Of a DNA stretch of 32,000 bases, positions 9,213-14,685 are shown in pieces. The notes below the pieces were generated by a model. It did not search any database. It worked only from the letters and a program-made list of their open reading frames with translations, and had not been told where the DNA came from. Positions within the stretch are counted from its first letter, which is position 1. Every line of letters starts with the position of its first letter. Both the position numbers and the translations under genes were made by a program. Origin of the DNA: an uncultured bacterium. Its GTDB lineage: Bacteria > Patescibacteriota > Gracilibacteria > UBA1369 > PNNO01. The DNA lies in contig OY969931.1 in assembly GCA_963704705.1 (NCBI GenBank), positions 570,001-602,000 on the forward strand. Reading direction: 5' to 3'.

Positions 9213-9241
9213 ATTATGCCTTTTTTTGTCTTTTTATTCAA
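9213..9241 (-). promoter_or_regulatory. sigma70-like promoter for the OLD operon (TTGAAT-17-CATAAT on the minus strand)
   Basis: The minus strand reads TTGAAT (9241-9236), a 17-nt spacer, then CATAAT (9218-9213), about 35 nt upstream of the OLD ATG. Confidence 0.4.
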
Positions 9242-9245
9242 TAAA

Positions 9246-9274
9246 TTGTATATTTGTAACGTTAAAAATGTAAT
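9246..9274 (+). promoter_or_regulatory. sigma70-like promoter TTGTAT-17-TGTAAT, implying a near-leaderless mRNA for the 251-aa gene
   Basis: The hexamers are readable with 17-nt spacing. The -10 ends 9 nt before the ATG at 9284. Confidence 0.35.
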
Positions 9275-9283
9275 GAATCCTGT

Positions 9284-10039
9284 ATGCGACTGAAAATTTC
9301 ACCCATTGAAGCCTTAAAAAAAATAGATAAGTTAGTTAAGAGCGGAGCCCAAATCCTTAATTATATTCGTGGTGATGCTTGGGATTTTCATAAAAATCAT
9401 ATACTGACACAGGGTGTATATTTAGATGAGGAAGACCATAATTTAAAGCCTAAGCCCTTAAATACAGAAGAAACAGAGCTATATGCTAGTAAGTATGACA
9501 AATGGGTTAAAAGCTGCAAAGAAGAGCTAGAATTAATATTTTTAGACTATACTCCTATTTATAAGTTTATTAATGCTTTTGATGATTCGGAAATTCAGGT
9601 TGGTCAGCAAGATAGACCGTATTTACTTTGGGAACGAAATATAGAAGCTAAATTAGAGGTTTTAAGCTCATTTTTCGACGGTTTAAACAGTTTTGTGCGT
9701 TCACCACTTTCTTACCTCTCAGACAGGGCACAGATTTGTTTTTATGACTTAATTTGCCAGTTAACTCCAGATACAAACGAATCAATGTTATGCAATTACA
9801 TGTTTAAAGAGTTATCAGTTGGTGAGAGTGTTGATTTTGTTAAAATTTATGCGGAAATCAAAGGTGAAGATGTTGAATTGCAACCTGAATGGCCTAATAC
9901 CTGGAAGAAGACAGTTGATACCGCTTATAATGAAATTAACCGTAAAACTAACAAATCTTTTGGATTTTCAATATTCGAGAAGAAAAAAAACATGCTTTTT
10001 ATTAAATTACCTTCCAGATTAATTTCCAGCTTTAAGTAA
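9284..10039 (+). CDS. hypothetical protein (251 aa), element-borne
   Basis: ATG start, TAA stop and coding-like composition. No domain recognised. Confidence 0.6.
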   Translation: MRLKISPIEALKKIDKLVKSGAQILNYIRGDAWDFHKNHILTQGVYLDEEDHNLKPKPLNTEETELYASKYDKWVKSCKEELELIFLDYTPIYKFINAFDDSEIQVGQQDRPYLLWERNIEAKLEVLSSFFDGLNSFVRSPLSYLSDRAQICFYDLICQLTPDTNESMLCNYMFKELSVGESVDFVKIYAEIKGEDVELQPEWPNTWKKTVDTAYNEINRKTNKSFGFSIFEKKKNMLFIKLPSRLISSFK

Positions 10040-10083
10040 ATTCATTTTAAATTAGACCAAAAACCTTCCCAGTCAGCGCAGGT

Positions 10084-10224
10084 GCTTGTTCGCTTATATT
10101 TTAGGCGCACTTGAAAAAACTTTATTTATGAATGCGAACAAGCCATACGAAAATTTGATTGGGAAAAATATCTCTGACACCGAAAAGGAAGAGATAGCTT
10201 GTTCGCTTACAGATTTTTTTCAAG
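10084..10224. repeat. iteron-like repeat set upstream of the SpoVG-like and Rep genes
   Basis: GCTTGTTCGCTTA occurs at 10084-10096 and 10197-10209. Its 10-nt core is inverted (GCGAACAAGC) at 10134-10143. CTTGAAAAAA at 10110-10119 is inverted as TTTTTTCAAG at 10215-10224. Confidence 0.6.
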
Positions 10225-10271
10225 TCTTGATCGAAATTGACCAGGATAACAAGAAGAATAATGAAGCATAA
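10128..10271 (+). CDS. possible small acidic protein (47 aa from ATG 10128; the track ORF starts at TTG 10086)
   Basis: Short ORF that overlaps the repeat set and so may be spurious. Its stop overlaps the start of the SpoVG-like gene. Confidence 0.25.
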   Translation: MNANKPYENLIGKNISDTEKEEIACSLTDFFQVLIEIDQDNKKNNEA

Positions 10272-10572
10272 GATAACCGAAGTTCAGATTCAAATTGTAA
10301 AGCCAAAAGATGGTCTTATTGGTTTTGCCAGCATTGTGCTGGATGAAGAATTGTACATAGGTTCTATTGGCATTCATAAGAAATTGAATACTGACGGATT
10401 TAGGCTCACTTATCCAACAAAAGCGTTATCAAACGGTCAGCAAATTCATATTGTTCATCCAGTAAATAAGCGGCTTTCAAAACTTATTGAAAAAGCTGTT
10501 TTTACTAAATTAAAAGAAGTAATGCGAAGTGTTTATGATAGACACAGTAGTTTTAACAATACCGATTATTAA
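10261..10572 (+). CDS. SpoVG-like nucleic-acid-binding protein
   Basis: From the internal ATG: MKHKITEVQIQIVKPKDGLIGFASIVLDEELYIGSIGIHKK...FRLTYPTK...IHIVHPVNKRLSKLIEKAV. This follows the SpoVG pattern (V.D.R.. + KA.ASIT.D..F.V..I.V.... + HPI), recalled from the B. subtilis SpoVG sequence. Confidence 0.65.
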   Translation: MKHKITEVQIQIVKPKDGLIGFASIVLDEELYIGSIGIHKKLNTDGFRLTYPTKALSNGQQIHIVHPVNKRLSKLIEKAVFTKLKEVMRSVYDRHSSFNNTDY

Positions 10573-11689
10573 AGGAATGATTACGCAAGGTGAATTGTTT
10601 TATCCACATTTAGAGGTCTTTAAAGATCATAACGTCATAAAGCAGAAAAGTTATATGAAATCTGTACAAAATCCTAGTAAAAGAGATGTAAAAGAAGGTA
10701 ATTATAAGCCACGGTTGACCGTATTTTGTAGACCTGTGTATCCGCGTGGCAGAGAATTTAATTTAAGAATTGAATTTTCAGCTCCTAAATTACTATTTGG
10801 TAATAATTTTGATGAACTTGAAGAGGCTGATTTTCAGGAAGTCTTACGAAAATTACAGACTAAATTACATGAGATGGGCGTGAGTATTTCGTTAAGACGA
10901 CTTTCTTCAGCGCCGGTAAGCGCTATTCATTATTCTAAAAATATTGTTTTAGATGATTATACTTCTGTATCTATGATTACTAACCAGCTCAAGAAAGTGG
11001 ATGTGAAGACTATAATAGATACAGAACAGAGGGAATATAGGAATGAAGGGCATTTGTTAAGGTTTCATGCAAACTCTTATGAATTAGTCTTTTACGATAA
11101 AATAAAAGATTTACAGCAGGCAAAAATAAGCGATAAAAGAGCAGTTGAAAAAGATAGTATTTATCAAATGTGTTTATTTGATGAGCTTAAGTCTATTAAA
11201 CCTTTCGAAGTTTTAAGAATGGAAGCGAGGTTAAATAAACGGCAGAAAATAAGGTCTGTTTTTAAAAATATTGGTTTATCTTACCATATGGATATTACTT
11301 TTAAAGAAGTCTTTAAAAAGAAAATTGCACAGGACGTTTTACTATATTTTTGGGAACAAATGGATAAAGGTATAAAGTTTTTTTCTGTAGATATGAGTAG
11401 CATTGCGGATATTTTTTCAGAAATTAAACGTTTACGTCCTTCATTTTCAACAAACAAGATTCTTCAACTTATAGGAGCTTTACTATACATACAAGAAAGT
11501 GGCGTAAGGCAATTTAGGGCGGATTTAGGGCTAGTAGGTACTAAAGCTTCTGTTTGGTATCGCTTACAAAATGATTTAAAAGTCACAAATAGCATGAGAA
11601 CAGATTCTCACTATAAAAGACTTCTTAAAATACCTGAAGCATTGAAATTGTTTCTTCCTTTAAAATTGGCTTCATATTCAGTAAAATAA
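10535..11689 (+). CDS. rolling-circle replication initiator, filamentous-phage gpII / CRI family
   Basis: MIDTVVLTIP matches M13 gpII MIDMLVLRLP. LRIEFSAPKLLFGNNF matches VEIKASPAKVLQGHNVF. ELVFYDK matches LVAYLKH. VLRMEARLNKR matches LVRFEARIKTR. The track ORF begins at GTG 10529, but ATG 10535 fits the family N-terminus. Confidence 0.8.
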   Translation: MIDTVVLTIPIIKGMITQGELFYPHLEVFKDHNVIKQKSYMKSVQNPSKRDVKEGNYKPRLTVFCRPVYPRGREFNLRIEFSAPKLLFGNNFDELEEADFQEVLRKLQTKLHEMGVSISLRRLSSAPVSAIHYSKNIVLDDYTSVSMITNQLKKVDVKTIIDTEQREYRNEGHLLRFHANSYELVFYDKIKDLQQAKISDKRAVEKDSIYQMCLFDELKSIKPFEVLRMEARLNKRQKIRSVFKNIGLSYHMDITFKEVFKKKIAQDVLLYFWEQMDKGIKFFSVDMSSIADIFSEIKRLRPSFSTNKILQLIGALLYIQESGVRQFRADLGLVGTKASVWYRLQNDLKVTNSMRTDSHYKRLLKIPEALKLFLPLKLASYSVK

Positions 11690-11708
11690 CAATATAACCC
11701 ATTTAATT

Positions 11709-13187
11709 ATGAAAGCTATTACATTAGCCAGGGTCTCAGATAAGGAACAAGAAGACAGAGATTCCTTACCTGCACAAGCTGATAACTTTATTAAGTATTG
11801 TGATAGGCACGAATTAGTCATCATTAAACAATTTGAGCTTGTAGAGTCATCAACCCGTGGGAACAGAACAAAATTTAATGAAGTTATAGAATTCATTAAA
11901 AAACAACCAGAAACAGTGGCGCTCGTGGTCGATAGGGTCGACAGGCTCCAAAGAGGATTCAAAGAGACTGTAATATTTGATGAATTGATGCAAAAAGGTA
12001 AAGTCGTACTCCATTTTATCAGGGAAAATTTAATAATTAGTGAAAATTCCAAAGGTCCTGATATTATAAGATGGGATTATGCTGTAATGGCAGCTAAAAC
12101 ATACATTCTTCAATTGCGTGATAATGTTAACTCTACAAAACAATTCAAATTATCGAGAGGGGAGTGTGTAACTCAAGCTCCAACGGGGTATTTAAATGTT
12201 ACTGACCCTGCTACAGAAAGAAACACTGTTGTTATAGATAAAGATCGTGCGCCATTTGTTAAAAAGACATTTGAACTTTATTCAACAGGATTGTATTCAT
12301 ATGAAAGCCTTGCTGTAAAACTTGCTGAAGAAGGTTTTACTAATAAGAGAGGTAATTCAATATCAAAAAACTCTATTGGTTTGATTCTTCAAAATAAGTT
12401 TTATTATGGAATTATCGTACATAAGGCAGGTAATAATACCGAATATCCCCATAATTACCCCAAAATTATTACTAAAGGACTTTATGATGATTGTATGGAA
12501 GTTGCAAAAGCACGACAAAAAACACCGACTAAATACATATTAAAACCTTATGCTTTTAGAGGCTTAATAAGATGTGCTCATTGTGGTTGTACGATTTCAT
12601 TTGAAACACATAAAGGTAAATATGTTTATAGTCGTTGTAACAAATCAAAAGGGAATTGCCCTGCAGGATATGTACGTGAAGAAATTTTGTTGTCACAAGT
12701 ATCAGAACTGCTAAAAAAGTTAGCAATTCCTAATGATGTGCTAGTAGATTTAAAGCTTAGATTGCAGAAGTCTAGTGAAGCTGAAATTCAATATCATAAA
12801 CACTCTATCGCAACTTTAAGACGTGAATATGATCAAATTCAACAGAAGTTGCATAACTTACTTGATTTATGTATTGCTGGGAGTATTACTAAGAGTCAAT
12901 ATGACGAAAAAGCTAGTGAACTGAAACAAATACAATACAACATTGATATGAAATTAAAAGAACACACAAAGGCAGATGAAGAGTTTGGAATTACGGTTTC
13001 TTATCTTATGGAACTCGCATCTAAAGCATATAAGTTGTTTGAAAGTTCGAAAGTAGAACAAAAACATAGAATTTTAAAATTATTACTTTCGAAAATTACT
13101 TTAGAGGGTGAAAAGCTTTATTTTAAAGTAAAAAGTCCCTTCGAGGCTATAATAAATGCTAAAGAACGTTGTTTTTGGGGTGAGTGA
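11709..13187 (+). CDS. large serine recombinase (integrase)
   Basis: The N-terminal resolvase domain has the catalytic-Ser motif ITLARVSDKEQ (S10) and VVDRVDRLQR. There is a recombinase domain, a zinc ribbon CAHCGC...SRCNKSKGNCP and a C-terminal coiled coil. The last 12 nt overlap tRNA-His on the opposite strand. Confidence 0.9.
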   Translation: MKAITLARVSDKEQEDRDSLPAQADNFIKYCDRHELVIIKQFELVESSTRGNRTKFNEVIEFIKKQPETVALVVDRVDRLQRGFKETVIFDELMQKGKVVLHFIRENLIISENSKGPDIIRWDYAVMAAKTYILQLRDNVNSTKQFKLSRGECVTQAPTGYLNVTDPATERNTVVIDKDRAPFVKKTFELYSTGLYSYESLAVKLAEEGFTNKRGNSISKNSIGLILQNKFYYGIIVHKAGNNTEYPHNYPKIITKGLYDDCMEVAKARQKTPTKYILKPYAFRGLIRCAHCGCTISFETHKGKYVYSRCNKSKGNCPAGYVREEILLSQVSELLKKLAIPNDVLVDLKLRLQKSSEAEIQYHKHSIATLRREYDQIQQKLHNLLDLCIAGSITKSQYDEKASELKQIQYNIDMKLKEHTKADEEFGITVSYLMELASKAYKLFESSKVEQKHRILKLLLSKITLEGEKLYFKVKSPFEAIINAKERCFWGE

Positions 13188-13253
13188 TGGGGCTCGAACC
13201 CACGACCCTCGGGACCACAACCCGATGCTCTAACCAACTGAGCTACACTCACC
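13176..13253 (-). tRNA. tRNA-His (anticodon GTG) with encoded G-1 and CCA
   Basis: The minus strand folds as a cloverleaf. G-1, then acceptor GTGAGTG/CACTCAC. D arm GCTC-AGTTGGTTA-GAGC. Anticodon arm TCGGG-TTGTGGT-CCCGA. Variable loop GGGTC. T arm GTGGG-TTCGAGC-CCCAT. Discriminator C, then CCA. Confidence 0.9.
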
Positions 13254-13282
13254 ATACTATTGGCGCAATTTACGCAAAGGTT

Positions 13283-13311
13283 ATTTTATATATAACCGCA
13301 CTTAAAGGCAA
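13283..13311 (-). promoter_or_regulatory. sigma70-like promoter for tRNA-His (TTGCCT-17-TAAAAT on the minus strand)
   Basis: The hexamers are readable with 17-nt spacing, about 30 nt upstream of the tRNA 5-prime end. Confidence 0.45.
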
Positions 13312-13320
13312 GATTTAAAA

Positions 13321-13374
13321 TTCCCCCCGGGGGGAAGGGTAGTCCAAAGTGGGACCGGTCCCATGCCCGGGCAT
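13321..13374. repeat. three GC-rich perfect palindromes within 54 nt
   Basis: TTCCCCCCGGGGGGAA (13321-13336), GGGACCGGTCCC (13351-13362) and ATGCCCGGGCAT (13363-13374). The last two are directly abutting. Confidence 0.9.
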
Positions 13375-13421
13375 AGTATACCTATTACATATCAATATTT
13401 ACTGTTCGTCAAGTGCGCGAT

Positions 13422-13570
13422 GCGTACTGACTCATCCGATTCGCGTTTCGCAAGCTCGCGCTCGTATCAGCTAGTTTAAACACGCATAGCGTACTGACTC
13501 AACCTGTTCAATCAGTCGCTTACGCTTCTTCTTACTTCGTCGTACTTAACCATCCGATTCGTGCTTCGCA
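13422..13570. repeat. duplicated 31-nt module, second copy split by a roughly 50-nt insert
   Basis: Copy 1 (13422-13452) is contiguous: GCGTACTGACTCATCCGATTCGCGTTTCGCA. Copy 2 has GCGTACTGACTCA at 13489-13501 and CATCCGATTCGTGCTTCGCA at 13551-13570, with both halves meeting the insert at a CA dinucleotide. Confidence 0.8.
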
Positions 13571-13608
13571 CTCATACGCATGTTTAAGCATCACAGCTTG
13601 ATTCAGCA

Positions 13609-13647
13609 CAAAAAAAACACCCCCCGCTTGGGGGAGTGTTTCTTTTT
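13609..13647. terminator. bidirectional Rho-independent terminator
   Basis: The stem ACACCCCCC-GCTT-GGGGGAGTGT is flanked by an A8 run on the left and TTCTTTTT on the right. On the minus strand it gives a stem followed by T8, 75 nt after the metallopeptidase stop. Confidence 0.8.
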
Positions 13648-13722
13648 AGCATTAGGAGTACCAACGCCCTAGAAAAGCCTCGATATCCTAAACTAATTTA
13701 TGTCTTAAACGGTTAAGACCGT

Positions 13723-14607
13723 TTAAAGTGTAGCTATTTTCCTGCCTTCAGAGCGCAGGAACGTCTCGTAATCGTAATTAAGGAGAGTTGAATCGTAGTT
13801 TCTAACTTGTTTATCACCTTCGGTATAATGATCGTAATTGAACTCCTGACCGTTAAACACAAAATATTTCATGTAAATGTATTTTCTCCTTAAAGTTTTA
13901 TCGTACTGGGCCATATCTTTGAACTGCTGACCATGTAAAACATAATAGTTGTACGTTTCAGCAAAGTCTTCAAATGGATCTGTCATTGCATAACCTGTCA
14001 CAAAATTCGTTTTATCCGAACCTTCTTTTAAAGTTGATTCGTTCTGCCAGCTTATCCTGTAAAATCTTAATGATCGGTCATTTTCATAAACAGGAATGTT
14101 GCCGTCCATAAATTCACTTTTACCGGTCAGTATATCGCCGGTTTCCAAACCCGTATCAACTATATGTCCCATTTCGTGGACAAGTACTGAAACAAGTTCT
14201 CTATCGGTTACATCTGAACAACGTAATATAATGGTAGATCCTCCGCCAAGCCCTCGGCGTCCTTCAGCAAAATATAAAGTAAGGTGCTGAAGATGCTCTC
14301 GGTGTTCTTCTGGTAACGATGTTAACGTCTGATACACGAGAGCCTTGCAATGATTCAAAGAACTGGTTGTACTTCGATCTTCTGAACTGTATGAAGATCC
14401 GGGATAAAGCCTTAAACCGAGCGAATCCAACTGACTCGCATATTGATCCTCAATCGAAGCAGCATGACTAGTATACTCATTTGCATTATTTCCATCAACA
14501 CTTTCTTTAAAATCATATTGATTAAATGCTGATATATTTTGAAAATTGATGGCAAAGAACAAGAATAGTGCGCAAATCCGTATGTAATAAGATATTTTTC
14601 GTCCCAT
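13723..14607 (-). CDS. secreted zinc metallopeptidase (HEMGH ... EDFAE)
   Basis: N-terminal signal-like helix ICALFLFFAINFQNISA. HExxH motif in VLVHEMGHIVD and a downstream DPFEDFAETY that could supply the third ligand (gluzincin-like layout). Confidence 0.75.
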   Translation of the reverse strand: MGRKISYYIRICALFLFFAINFQNISAFNQYDFKESVDGNNANEYTSHAASIEDQYASQLDSLGLRLYPGSSYSSEDRSTTSSLNHCKALVYQTLTSLPEEHREHLQHLTLYFAEGRRGLGGGSTIILRCSDVTDRELVSVLVHEMGHIVDTGLETGDILTGKSEFMDGNIPVYENDRSLRFYRISWQNESTLKEGSDKTNFVTGYAMTDPFEDFAETYNYYVLHGQQFKDMAQYDKTLRRKYIYMKYFVFNGQEFNYDHYTEGDKQVRNYDSTLLNYDYETFLRSEGRKIATL

Positions 14608-14635
14608 AAAAACAAAAGTTTAACAAAAGGACGAA

Positions 14636-14664
14636 ATCATATCAAGATATTGACATAATGTCAA
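14636..14664 (-). promoter_or_regulatory. sigma70-like promoter for the metallopeptidase gene (TTGACA-17-TATGAT) with a palindrome over the -35
   Basis: The minus strand has TTGACA (14664-14659), 17 nt, then TATGAT (14641-14636). The -35 lies inside the 15-nt palindrome TTGACATAATGTCAA (14650-14664). Confidence 0.5.
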
Positions 14665-14685
14665 GCTTTATATATCGTTTTGGTT

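Larger units (their letters stand above)
3965..13182. mobile_element. putative 9.2-kb integrative element at tRNA-His (serine recombinase + gpII-type RCR Rep + defence cargo)
   Basis: All genes in the block are accessory. The recombinase gene abuts and overlaps the tRNA 3-prime end. The 7-nt TGGGGTG at 13176-13182 recurs at 3965-3971, and 10 of 11 nt match when the preceding T-run is included. The right end is firm. The left end rests only on this short repeat and the gene-content change. Confidence 0.55.

Noticed and set aside
3965-13182. Interpreting the element as an integrated filamentous (inovirus-like) prophage because of the gpII-type Rep
   Set aside because: There is no Zot/pI-like morphogenesis ATPase, no small hydrophobic major-coat-like ORFs and no secretin. 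The cargo is defence-type and lipoprotein genes, so an integrative plasmid-like replicon is more parsimonious.
13260-13650. Assigning the GC-rich block next to tRNA-His to RNase P RNA, tmRNA, SRP RNA or a second tRNA
   Set aside because: I could not find the conserved cores on either strand: GGAAAGUCCGGGC and ACAGAA for RNase P, a tRNA-like 3-prime end with UUCGA and CCA for tmRNA, or the SRP domain IV motif. It is kept as unassigned.
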